From Antedon mediterranea (taxonomy: Eukaryota; Animalia; Echinodermata): a stretch of DNA of 64,000 nt. Every line of letters begins with the position of its first letter. The stretch's first letter is position 1. The position numbers were made by a program, and so were the translations under genes. The notes below the pieces were generated by a model. It saw nothing but the letters and a program-made list of their open reading frames with translations, was not told the origin of the DNA and searched no databases. The stretch spans positions 30,814,001-30,878,000 of the forward strand of contig NC_092674.1 in the NCBI RefSeq assembly GCF_964355755.1, in the 5' to 3' direction. Below, piece by piece: positions 12,763 through 25,582 of this stretch.

Positions 12763-15700
12763 ATGTCATTCAGAATACGAACTACCCCTTCGACCATGAA
12801 TAACATTTATCCGATATACGGGACGGACAACGCGCGCCTTCACCATCAGCAGACGGTCATCCCAACCGTGTCGTCTTATATACCAACATCCATGAACCTC
12901 GTATCCAGTATGAGCAGCATCCCACTCCAGTTGTTCAGTGAGGGCAACAGACTGACAAAAAACGAACGAAATTTATTAGAAGCCGCCCAAAAGGGAGACA
13001 AAGCAACAATTCTACGGTGTCTTAGCAACAAAAACGACCCTGTAAATGTAAACGTAACAGACATTTTGGGAAGAAGCGCTCTGCAGATGGCCGTTGATAA
13101 CGAAAATATTGAAATCGTTGAAATTCTTTTAGCGCAAGAAAATGTGTTCATAGGCGACGCTTTGCTTTACGCGATTAAAGAAGGTGTTTATAAGATGGTT
13201 GAAATGATGGTGAACCATCCAAGTATAAGTGTTGAAATGCTCGGTGAAGGATGGTATGACATGAAGAACAGTTTGAAGACAGACAGTTCGGATTACTCGC
13301 CCGATATATCACCAATCATTCTCGCAGCTCACGTCAACCAATTCGAAATCCTTCAGCTTCTTCTTACTCGAGGTGCGTCCATCTTTAAGCCTCATTCAGT
13401 CATTTGTGATTGTGATGAATGTAAGGTTCGACAAAAACATGATAGTCTGAGGTACTCTCTGAAAAGAATCAACGCTTACAAAGCACTGGCGAGCCCAGCA
13501 TGGATGGCGCTGACCAGCAACGACCCGATACTGACAGCATTCCGACTAAGTTGGGAGCTACAACACATGGCGATGAGAGAGAATGAGTTCAAGGATATCT
13601 ACCTAACTTTGTTAGACCAATGTAAGATGTTTGCTGTAGGCTTGCTCGATCAGTGCAGAAGTACTGAAGAAGTAGTAGCAGTAATGAATAAAATGAACGA
13701 TCCGCAGGACGATTTGGATGAAGAGGTTGACAGTGGTAATTTAACACTAGCTCGTTTGAAACTGGCCTTGAAATACGAACAGAAACAGGTAAAAGCTCCG
13801 TTTACACTATCGAAGTATATGTGAAAAAAGTGTGATGTGCCCATATATGGTAACAATATGCCCAAATATGGTAGTGATATGACAACATCATGTCCATATG
13901 GCCAAATTACATTTTTTTGTCATAAAGTTTGATAGTGTAGACAAAGCTTTATATACTAAAACCGGGTGGAAACGCACAATTCACTCATTTTATGCCATGG
14001 TCAGGGACCGTCATTAAAATATGAAATTTAATCTGGAATCGAACTTCAAACTATCACAAATTATATTGATATTCAGTGCTGTTCATGACTTGAAAAGTAA
14101 AATAGATAAAGACATGGTATAGTGATATGACATCATCATGTCCATATATGGGCACATCACATTCCCTTTCTCACATAAAGTTTGAATTTGATAGTGTAGA
14201 CAGAGTTTTATTATGTGTGTTTGAGACGAATAATGATAAATACATTATTAACATAATTGATTGTGTCTTTTAGTTTGTTGCACACGCACATACACAACAG
14301 TTGCTATCTACTATTTGGTACGAAGGTCTACCAAGCTGGCGTCGACGTCATTGGACAATCAAGATTCTCACCTGTGCCGTACTACTTCTTATTTTCCCCT
14401 TTATGTCAATCTACTATTTAATATTTCCGAGATCTAGGATTGGTAACGTATTACGAACACCTTTTATGAAGTTTTTGAACCATAGTGTATCGTTTGTTTT
14501 CTTCTTAATTCTCCTGGTCCTCGCTTCAACCGGTGTTTTATGTTCGAGAGAGGTCGAAGAATGCAGCAAACAGGGGCGTGAACCAGACGCAGTTGAATTC
14601 TTACTCATCTTTTTTGTCTTAGGTAGGTTACTGGATTATATCAAATTAAATATAGAATTAACACTAAAAAAAGACACCGCGTAGTATCGTATTCAACGAT
14701 GATATAACATTATTCTGCATGTGGTATTTTAGAAGAGCAGAGATTCCTCTTGTTATTATATTTTTGCCAGCATCATTCTATATCACATAAACTAGACTTG
14801 CTCAAAGTATGTATTTATTGTCTTTTTTATGTTAGTCCCACACGTCGTCTTTTCGAGTTTTGTCTGGAAAAGCTCAAGTAGTATACGTATGCAACGCCAT
14901 ATGTGCCAAAATATTTATCTTTTTACTAATATTATTAAGTCAAAACTCTGTATGGAACCCATACTACACATAAACCTGAACGAAGCCTAAAGCTTGGTGC
15001 ATCGCGCAGTGATTGGTCCAAGTACTTGTGTTGCGTTCGTTGCGTGGAAACCAATATAGTTGCACCTACCATGCTTTGAGGTCGTTGGTTCGCGCACATC
15101 AATAACTTCAAGCATGATGTATTTACTACGTTATTATAATTTGTACATCTTTTCAGGCATGATATGGGCCGAATGTAAACAGCTGTGGGAAGAAGGATTG
15201 AAAGCTTACACGCGACAATGGTGGAATTGGTTGGATTTTATCATGTTGTCACTTTACTTAATGGCATTGAGTCTTAGAATTGTCGCTTACATCAAACAGG
15301 AAGAATTCCACACTTGCTCGTTCCGCGGCGCATGGCCAGTTTACGATCCTACGATTGTTTCCGAGTGTATATTTTCTGTGGCGATCGTATTTAGTTTCGC
15401 TCGAATTATTTACCTATTTCAGGCGAATCAATATCTTGGACCATTGCAGATTTCGCTTGGTAATATGCTTATAGACATAGCGAAATTTCTATTCATTTTC
15501 TTATTGGTACTACTATCATTCACATGTGGAATGAACCAATTGTACACTTTCTACAAAGGAAAAGAAATAAAAGGATCATTTAAGTCGTAAGTTTAACATT
15601 TTTTAAACCTTTTTATAACATTTTGCCAGGATCTCCACAAGTAAGCTTGGTTCACACTTCTACGTAACCCGATGACGTAGGCGCTTCTGGCGAATGATTT

Positions 15701-18667
15701 GAATCAATCAATCACGACCAATGATCATCCCAACTGTCGCGTGTGATTGGTCAACGTTGTGCCTACGTAGTTTTTTACGTCGCGTCTATGTTAGAATCAT
15801 CCAAATTACAATTTTTTTTATTGATATAAATTTTATATGCTTCACAAATTTTATAGCAGTATGGACCTTAGGCCCCGCATGTGGATCTGGTTTACAATTA
15901 TGTCTTGTCTCTCATTTGGTTAAGTTAATTGAAAAAAATCTTTTTATTTTGGAATATATGAATATATTATTGTTATTAAAATAGGCCTATGACGTTGTCT
16001 TAGCAATAAGATTTAATTTGATTATTTTTAAATTTTTAAAGATTGGATAGCTCGCTACTATCTTTGTTTTGGGCATTATTTGGACTTTTAAGCAAGGACG
16101 AGGTAGAGCTTGAAGAGAATGACTTTGTAGCCTACGTTGGGCAGCTTTTGTTATTGTCATATCATATTCTGGGTATCATAGTTCTTCTGAACATGCTTAT
16201 CGCTATGATGAGCAGCTCATTTCAAAATATTGAGGTAAATTAATTTTAAATTAATTAATTTTATTCATTGAGATATTATATAGGCCAATCTATGAATATA
16301 TTACCTGATTTAATTTTTATTTCGTCAGTGACGTCACAACAGACAGACAACGGTGGTGACGGTAATTAGCGTTGGTACGCGCGCGTCAACTTTACGTCAG
16401 TGTACTGAAACACTTAATTTTAAGTCAAGGTGATGAAATAAATTTACTTTACAGCAATATTTCCTTTGAACACAAATTATGATCAGTACATAATTATTTT
16501 GTACTTTGTTTGCAAAATGGAGAGTGCATAGCCTATGGCTAAAGACACTTAATTTAGATTTATCTGCAGCTATAGGCTATTATCTTTAATTTTGAAAAAA
16601 GCAAAAACTCGACACATTACAATATCACCATTATCATTATTGTATACATTTTCACAAAAGCAACACTCAAGTTAATTACATCTTGTTCATATCAGACGAA
16701 AGACAATTGTACGCGAGCGCGTTAAAACCGATGACTTCATTATAGGCCATGATGCTTTCGGGGAACGAGGGCGCACGGACTACCAAAGCACACGGCTTCG
16801 CGACCTACAGTGAGACCGCTCGAATTGGGCTAAGTACGAGCGTTGTGTAAGTGAAGAGGCCTAGCTAAAACTTTGGAATAATAGTAATTTAATAACTAAA
16901 TCTACCTGTTCCTATGTTACTGTGATTGTTGAATATGTTAATTCAAAGATGTACATAGTTATCATTTCTAAAAACAGTAAATTACTAACTTATTTTGCCT
17001 TTTTGTAACCTCAATCATCCCCTCTCAATTCAACTTCCCAGTAAAATCAATCGTCTGATGTTTCACTGAATATCAATGATCTGATTGGTCAGAAGTCAAT
17101 GTAGTCATTACGTCAATATATAGATTCTCAAACTTGGCAGTCGATTATAGTTTTTAAGTCTGCATAGTTTGGGGGCGGGTGCAGACGGCTATTATAGGCA
17201 TTTCAATGATTGTACGCGCGCGTCGATTTTGTGCCTTTTCCATTTATGTATGCTATTTTTTATTATCCATTTAAACGTTTATTATAGAATCATGCTGATG
17301 AAGAATGGAAGTTTGCCAGATCAAAATTATGGATGGGGTATTTTGATGAGGGGTCAACATTACCCCCTCCCTTCAATCTTATAATCAGTCCAAAATCGAT
17401 TTACTATGCGTTCACACACACCAAACAGTTTTTGTGTGGTCAGTGTATTGAAGATACGTCCATACCAGGCAGCAAGCAATCCCTTGAAACTGCACTCAAG
17501 GTAATCCTTATTTTTTTAAATATTTATCATGATGAAATAACCACCCGTCAAAACAAATTGTGACAAATTGTAAAGCTCTGTCTACACTATCAAAGTTGAT
17601 TTGATGTGCCCATGTACATGTATATGAACATGATGATGTCATATCACTACCATATTTGGGCATATCACACTTTTTTGTTAAAACTAGTTCGACAGTGTAG
17701 ACAGAGCTTTAGTTTCACTCTCTTTTTGTTATCCTGGATCATTTTTTTCATGCTTTGAATTAAATAAAATCCAACAATATCCTTTATCATTTTAGAGCAG
17801 TGACAGTATCTTAGGCTCAACGTTAGAGCAAGAAACTAAATACCAGGATATTATGAAGCGGTTAGTGAGTCGTTACATTCATCAATACAAAGCAGAACAG
17901 AAGGGAGATGGTGTGACGGAAGATGACCTCAATGAAATCAAACAAGACATATCAAGTCTTAGGTAAGGAGCAGCAGCATGTTTTCATGTTAAGTCTAAAC
18001 GAATTTGTCTTATTTGTAACAGTAGAAAGTGTGGTGGCGTTTGTCTATCGTTAGATTTTTCTTATTTATCTCACTAGAGATTCAATTCAAGGAAGTACGC
18101 GCAACGCAAGCGAGTTGACCAATGACAAGCCACTGTTCGAATAATCTATCGCTCTTGTGGTTGCAGGTCAAATCACTTACGTTGTGTACTTCCTTGCGTT
18201 GCGTAACCAAGCATTACCCGCTAAGTTTGTTTCGAGGACCAATTATTACTATCTTTGGTCAGTCGGTAGGTAAAACGCGTTACACTTTTTGTCTTATAAG
18301 ACATATCTGACGTTGCGTTTCTTTTCTATCATTTAGATACGAGCTTCGTGAAGATCGTAAAAAAGAAGAGCAGAGTCATACCACGTTACTCCAAGATTTA
18401 AAGCGAACAGTACTGACATACCAAAATGGTGCTGATAATCAGAAACCATTTAACACGGATGCAAAGGTAGCAACGTCTAGAGAATTGGAAATGATTAAAT
18501 TCGAAATAATTGACTGTATCAAAAAAGAATTAACAACGACAACTCTACATGGTAGAGATCGTAATGACGTATATGCCACCAACGACAGACATGGTGATAA
18601 GTGGAGTAGAGAAGACTATATGGAAGAGGATCGGACGTGGCCTACGCACCTAGCAACAGAATTATAA
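12763..18667 (+). CDS. Short transient receptor potential (TRPC) cation channel, TRPC4/5/TRP-gamma-like
   Basis: Ankyrin repeats, PHxxxCxCxxC Zn motif, [30 protein letters not shown], pore helix [19 protein letters not shown] box [34 protein letters not shown]. Exons 12763-13788, 14274-14622, 15157-15586, 16042-16234, 17288-17500, 17796-17962, 18337-18667. Exact paralog not assignable. Confidence 0.95.
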
Positions 18668-21150
18668 TGTCATTTGTTGTGGAGAAAAAGATTTAGAAAA
18701 TGATTTACGACTGACAGAAAGATTTTTTTTTATAGAAGACATGAGATGACTAATTAAAAAGACATTAATGTTACAGAAAATTGTGTTAAGACAGGAAATT
18801 GACGCGAATGAAAGACAATAAAAAGATATCATTAAGATGATGATCGAGTGTGTCATCGACATGTGGGCGCATGATGACGTCACTCATCCTTCCTTAGTAT
18901 AATATTCGTTCAACGTTATAATCATAATATTAATAGTCTTTCGTATTTAATGAACGATGTTAGATGGAGGCATTTTACTACAGTATAAGTGCCACGCCCA
19001 TTAACCTTAGCATAGACGTAGCCACGCCCTTGCTTAAACCATGGAATAGGAGTGTGAATTTAGTTTAAAACTTTTGTATAAATTATCTTTCACTTTTTAA
19101 AGGGATGGTGCTGTAACTTGTGTATTTTAACAATTACACTTTAGGTTTGAAGAAATAGAGACATGTATTTTAAAATGTTCATGACACGTTTGCTGCGTAT
19201 GGTGCCCCGTAGTTGTCGACCAGCCTCCATCTCTAATTTTGACTTTGTGCACTTTTGCAAATATCACGTAAATTAAAGACGTAAATAATGTAAAGAGTTT
19301 ACAAAAATACTATTAATTACGTACATATATGCACTATTTCAAAAATCAATACATCATATTATAATAAATTGTACTTAATTAGGAAAGATCTGCAGGTTAA
19401 TGTATCTATTTGGTACATCTTTCATATTATTTGCACATCTTCAAGTGTTAGTGTACTATGTCTTACTAGCTTGGTTTCATCTAGGACGCAACGCAAGCGA
19501 GTTGACCAATCTGAAGCGATGGATTATTCGAACAGTCGCGCGTGATTGGTCAACTCGCTTGCGTTAATTATATCCAGATAAGATGCATGAAAGGTTGATT
19601 GACGGCGAAGAGGTTGCAATGTTTTCATTATACCATGGAGAATATTTCTGAATGATTATATTATTACTTATTTACCAAAATTATTAATGTTATGGTTGAG
19701 ATTAATGTGTATTTAAATTAAAATTGCAAACAGCCTGCCTACTTGGGAGACACAAATATAATACTGTATATACAGGCCACAAATTGATCTAAGCCTACGA
19801 CATGTTGCGTATGGTTAGTTTGTGGAACGTCAAGCTGTCGGTTTCGTACGGAAACGAGTTATATTTCCACATGGCGAAGCTGAAAGACTATTGCACTCTC
19901 GATGACGTAATTAAAGAGTTGAAATGTATATCATGTGACCCACAAACCTCCAATCAAATGACAAGAACATTATTCAGGTGTGTTATAATACGCGCTAACG
20001 TCGTCATCGTGCTTATTTCATTCCATATACATACGCTATTCTGAAATATGGCAGCATTCATGAAAAAATCCTCGACAAATTAAATTGAAACTGGACGAAA
20101 CGACGAATCATTGACACTCTCAGTAATAGGCGAAAAAACACAAACAAGAAATGAGAAGGCAGGAGTAGATAATTCTCTTTTTTTTATTCATACTGTAATA
20201 CAATTTACAACATACACTGTACATATACCTTTCTGTCGTTTGTATAATAAACCACTTTTCTGTTAAACTTTCTCTATATTCCTATACTATACAAATGAAA
20301 TCGAAAAGATGGCTCCACTCATCATATCCTATTCTAACTGTGCATCTTATACAGTACACTATGTAATATAAATTGGTACGAGGTTCAATATAAATGACAG
20401 TACATTAGCACAGTAACAAAATGTAAATGGTATCATACCTATTTAGGCAGAGGAGGCGTTCCATAGTAAAGCATGCAATCTTAATCTAAATAAAACTAAA
20501 CACAGCTAATTTGGTTTTAATAGTAGATACATATATATATTTACATTTATTCATTGTATGAAATAAATAAAATTAATTAAAACATTGCACTTATGGGTTA
20601 ACTTATTATATGATAACAAGTCTTGTAGCAGCTTCGTTTTTCTGGTTTTAGCACATTCTTAAGACACATCTAGAAACGTAACACTACTTATTTGTGACAC
20701 TAATATAATACTTTCTCATAAGCAGCGGTCAACCTCTTGGAGTGTCTAAATGTAATTACTTTTACTGAAATACTCAGTGGTAATCATTATAATAGTATAT
20801 AGGGCATAAAACAAAAGAAAAACAATGAAGGGAATTTGAGATGAGGATGTCACAAAATCTCATTGTCACAAATTTTTCATTGTCACTAATTTGTCATTAT
20901 CAAGACAGAAGATTTTCCGAAACATTAAATTCTGTTTTCTCATCAATTTTACAAATAAGCAATCTTAATAATATAATGAATAATTTCTTCATTTTGGAAC
21001 ATGTATATACGTCTTGCTTTCAACTGGCAATTTAGCCTTTAAATTTTACACATGTGCTCTTATAAATATTTTACTTATAACAAATAAAGCCAGAAAAAAG
21101 TTGAAATCGTCTTCAAGCACCATCTTTCAATTGGTACCACACCTAAGCAA

Positions 21151-23440
21151 TCACTTATCAACTTTCTTAACCTTTCCACCAGACCTGAAAAAAGACAAAA
21201 GCATACACAACATTATACTACCAGTACCAGTGGCCGTATTCACCATTCACACTTAGCCTAATATAAGGGAAACACTTACCCTTAAAACTTTAAAAAAATC
21301 TCTTATATATACAATTTAGGGAAATACTTAAATATATATTGAGTTAAGTAAAATACTTAATATTTGAGGGAAATATTTCACTTTAAGTGTGATTGGTGAA
21401 TACAGCCACAGACATTTACATTACTATATGGTCAAATAAAACACTTTAATAGCAACAAATTTCTTTGAAAATTATCTTTATACTAACTTCTTTTTGCTTT
21501 TTGGAGAAGTTGATTGGAAAACACTAGAAGCAGCCATAAGGTTTTCTATATACTGCCCAAGAACTTGGTTCTCTGATTTCAATTTTAGATTTTCTTCTTT
21601 CACTCCATCGACTCGTGATGACAAATCTGAAAGTAATTCACAAAATGTCATTAATTATTTTTCTCGTTTAACTTTTGTGTTGTTTATATATGTAGGCAAA
21701 TTGGCAAGGATAACCATAAGCAAATTCATTCACTATCCTCCTTAGTGGCAATCCTGTTCACAAGACAAACATATACAAAAGATGCTCTACATAAACAAAG
21801 TCTTATTGCAAGTCTTTAGGAGTGAAGTTGTAATTTTTCATTAGAATAAATCCTGACATGACAGGACTTGAAACCCAGGCCCTTGGATTGGGAGCCAATC
21901 AGCGTAACCACCAAGCCACAACTCCACCTGGTTCGATGCTGATCTAGTGTCAGGGTTGTAACTCATAAAAACAACTCCAATCTCTATGCCTCAAACAAAT
22001 TGTAATTGGAGAGCGAGAACCTGTTGGTTGGATGCAAATAAAATAAATAAAAACTCACCATCTAAAGTGTTCTGTAATTCTAGAACTTGGCATATTAATC
22101 TTGCTTTTTCTGCGTCATCGCCGTCATCTGGTGTTGTAATGTTACTGTTAGTTGTAGCCATTAGATCTCCTATTGAGCGACTAGTTGTAAAACTTTGATT
22201 TACTGTTTGAAAAAAAACACCAAATAATTATTAATATTAGGAGACATGTATTCTGTAACTAATAGACGATTTTCATGCTACGGAAGCCATCTTGCAGAGA
22301 TGACAGTCGTGACCAGACAAGCGTAACCAACAGAAATTTAACATATTGTTTTCAGGGGATTTCAGGACACAATGTTAATGAACAGAGGGTTGTATAAGAA
22401 AAAAAATTCTGTAAAATGTTCTTACAGGATTGGTCTACATAACTACTGTATATGATTGAAAAACATTAGAGAAACATTTTTCACCACCACAGTGTATAAG
22501 GGTCACAGTGCATTTCGGCCGCCCATCATTTCGGACGCCGGTTATGGAACGACCAAATTCATGAAACTCCAAAAAGGACAAAATATGGCATGATCATTTC
22601 AGCCGCCAGGTATGGTGCACCAAATTAAAATAGCCAGAAATAACTGTACAGTAATACAGTAAAAAAATTACTTTACCAAGTCTATGGAACGCCACAGAGA
22701 ACTATGGTCATTTAAACCAGAGATCAGTTGTGCAATGGGCTAAGTACATTTTTTTTTGCCGTAGATTTAAAGTTATATTACGGTATTTTACCATCTGAAT
22801 ATTTTGGTCAAAATGAATATTGATTAAATGTTTATTTATATTTTTATTTTACAGGTCCTGAAGATGTCGCGTGCTTTGTAAAAATGTGTTTATTTATGAA
22901 TATAATAAATGTAAAACATACGATTAAGTGTTTTTGACTGGCACATAAAAAAACTTCAGCATCACCTCCTTCTTATTAAACAAATATTATTAATATTCAC
23001 TGTAGTGATGGCAAAGTGCACGCCATAAATTATGCCATAAATATCGCTGCTGTTTCTGGAATTGAAGACCGCCGATTCGGCTTAAAAAATACAGTGTTTA
23101 GTAAAATATTAACATTTTAACACACATGGGGTGTCATACATATTCAAGAATAATTACAATTATGGCGGCAGAAATGAACAAAACATATTTTTTCCTTTTT
23201 GGCGTTTCATGAATTTGGCAATTCCATAACCGGCGGCCGAAATGACTGGCGGCCGAAATGATCAGACACCTGTATAAGCATAGGCCAGAAACGGTGGTGA
23301 CAAACTGTTTATTATTTACCATTTTTACTAAATGAATTAAAACTCATGTAAAAAATAAAAGAAGACACTTTACCTGATTCATTGTCTGACAAGGATACAT
23401 TCACCATTCCTTGATCTGCTGGACTCAGAGGGGACTCCAT
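21151..23440 (-). CDS. SCOC: Short coiled-coil protein
   Basis: [17 protein letters not shown]|[40 protein letters not shown] matches the SCOC/UNC-69 coiled coil. Exons about 23440-23374, 22203-22059, 21626-21488 and 21184-21151. Confidence 0.92.
21228..21411. mobile_element. MITE family C (TIR CAGTGGCCRTATTCACCA)
   Basis: Inverted termini; related copies at 58782-58957 and a partial at 59513-59590. Confidence 0.7.
21700..21930 (-). mobile_element. tRNA-derived SINE
   Basis: Minus strand has A-box-like TGGCTTGGTGG and B-box-like GGTTTCAAGTCC, then a body shared with 36750-36835 (TAAAGACTTG.AATAAGACTTTGTTTATGTAGAGCATC). Head fragments at ~46095-46168 and ~40830-40885. Confidence 0.68.
22501..23270. 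mobile_element. Non-autonomous DNA transposon with ~90-bp imperfect TIRs and 8-bp TSD (Mutator/Merlin-like), in a SCOC intron
   Basis: TSD TGTATAAG at 22493-22500 and 23271-23278; GG...CC termini; repeated subterminal CATTTCGGCCGCC. Confidence 0.8.
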
Positions 23441-23582
23441 AGTACACTCAACTTCATCAGATGTATAGAAAAGTGTATTTCAAACCTATTTTTAATAACA
23501 AATTAATTCAATACATATTCCTCAATTTAATTAAAGAGTGGTCTTCCTACTATATTTTTTATGAGTGAATCATTTGTGGTTA

Positions 23583-24353
23583 TGTTATGCGCGATTTGAA
23601 CGATTTGCGCAATTTGAAATTGCGCAAAAAAAATCCTTGCGCAATTTGAATTGAAACATGTGTTTCAAATTGCGCAAGCAACGTATTAAATTGCGCAAGT
23701 AATCTGCAAATTGCGCAAGGTTTTTCGACAGATTGTGAAATCATGTACACCCATATTTTTATAGTAATTTCTAAGAATGATTCAAATTTAAAGATAAATA
23801 TCGCATTTCCTTATTTTAGTAGTGCAAATATTGTTATAAGTTAGCATACCGTCGAAGAACAGACGAAGGAAAACGAAGCGGTGGTGTTCCACCAGGCGGG
23901 CGCGGGGCGGGCGGCCGGCTATACTACTCTAGCCTAGCTAGAGGTCTGGACTACTGATACTGACTAGGTTACATGGCCTAGCTTAAACTAATATTAAAAA
24001 CTTAAAAAGTGAGTATTAAACATTATCTTCATTGAAATGGTCTTATTTATATAATAAAATACTAAATTTTAAACTCCTCTGCCTAGGCCTAGCCTATAGC
24101 CATGTATGGGAAAATTTACAGTTCGTTTTCAAATTGCGCAAAGGTGTCATATTGCGCAAGAACTATCTTGCGCAATTTACAAATTGTGCAGCGCAATTTA
24201 AAATTGCGCAAAGATTTTCTTGCGCAATTTGAAATTGCGCAAGTTGATTGCGCAATTTTAAATTGCGCAAGAATTATTTGCGCAATTTCAAATTGCGCAA
24301 GGATTTTTTTGCGCAATTTTAAATTGCGCAAATCGTTCAAATCGCGCATAACA
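23583..24353. mobile_element. Non-autonomous TGT...ACA element with 4-bp TSD (Ginger-like) upstream of the SCOC ATG
   Basis: Perfect TIR TGTTATGCGCGATTTGAACGATTTGCGCAATTT; TSD GTTA at 23579-23582 and 24354-24357. Confidence 0.82.
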
Positions 24354-25211
24354 GTTATACTGACTACATTGACACGATCAGCGCATGTGCAGTTATAAGC
24401 TGTCAAAAAGAAACAGGGTCGAATCGACTAAGTACGTACGCATACGTCGAGTGGGTTGTGCTACAGGACGAAGTATTATTCTAAATGACACTACTTAGGC
24501 CTTAGCCCAGAGCCAAACTGCAACCATTTTCTCTCATTTGTGTTACATATTTAGTGTTAAAGAAGTTAAACATCAATGGCACAATTATTAATAATGATTA
24601 TTTATCTACTATTAGTAAAGAATAATTAACAATATTCGTATTTTGTAGCCAATTTTCAACCTACCCAAATCGGTCAACAATTCGGCAGCAACCTCCAATA
24701 TCCGGTGATTGATTAATTTTTTATTTTTGTAGAGCGCCCTCTACAACTACAAACATTTTATATTTTGACATGACACACTCCCCCCCCCCCCCCCCCCCCA
24801 GCAGCATAAATGTGTACGCCGACCAGTATTCAGGGTTTTTATACTGCAGAGAAGTGATAATCAGAAATTATCTTATTTGGCAAGAAATCATTAAAAACAA
24901 AACCGAACAACATTTTTAAGGTTTATAATACATGAATTTTATTTCTGAAAAGTTATTTGAAGTATTTACTTGTAAATAGTGTAACAAGCATAAATAAACT
25001 ATAGGTCTAGTGGCTAGTACAGCCTCTATTTACCAAACTATATGCTACAAAATACACCTGCATATTGTACTATTAGAATATAGGGCACTCATCTGAACAA
25101 ACGCAAGCGTAATCGGTTCTTTTTATAAAATGTATTTATATATATTTTACATAAAACAAATTTACAGGATATCTTTAATTTTAATATACAAACTAGATTC
25201 TTCAATGAAGC

Positions 25212-25375
25212 AAAGGTACTTTGGAAAATTCCCAACACTACCTAATCAAGGTACCTGGGAAAATTCCAAAGCAACCTTATCAAGGTACCTGGGGAAATTC
25301 CCAACACTACCTAATCAAGGTACCTGTGAAAATTCCAAAGCAACCTTATCGAGGTACCTGGGGAAATTCCCAACA
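25212..25375. repeat. Minisatellite with 69-bp dimeric unit (34+35 bp) downstream of the UNC50 stop
   Basis: Alternating CAAGGTACCTGGGAAAATTCCAAAGCAACCTTAT and CAAGGTACCTGGGGAAATTCCCAACACTACCTAAT. Confidence 0.9.
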
Positions 25376-25582
25376 CAGCCTAGCCAGGCGGAATGTACCT
25401 TTACCAGATCTCTCAGCTATGTGATCATGTCTACTGGAAAAATTGTAATAATGATACCAAATAAATATTGAAGGCCCTCGCCATATTAATAGGGAACATG
25501 CCACTTTATGAGAGAGAGAGTCCAACACTCTAGGAGTTAACAATGTAAATTTAAATATTGAATTTAAAAAATGACGGTTGGT

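Noticed and set aside
12876-14608. Antisense ORFs over TRPC exons (and similar ones over THOC2 and CLCN3)
   Set aside because: Shadow frames of real coding exons with no independent protein features.
21850-21930. tRNA gene
   Set aside because: A/B boxes are present but there is no convincing cloverleaf, and it continues into a repeated body; interpreted as a SINE head.
24032-24406. Overlapping ORFs with AQFEIAQ / CAISNCAR repeats
   Set aside because: Artefacts of the TTGCGCAA palindromes in the MITE; no transposase similarity.
25130-25543. ORFs with a repeated LSRYLGKFPT motif
   Set aside because: Products of the 69-bp minisatellite downstream of the UNC50 stop.
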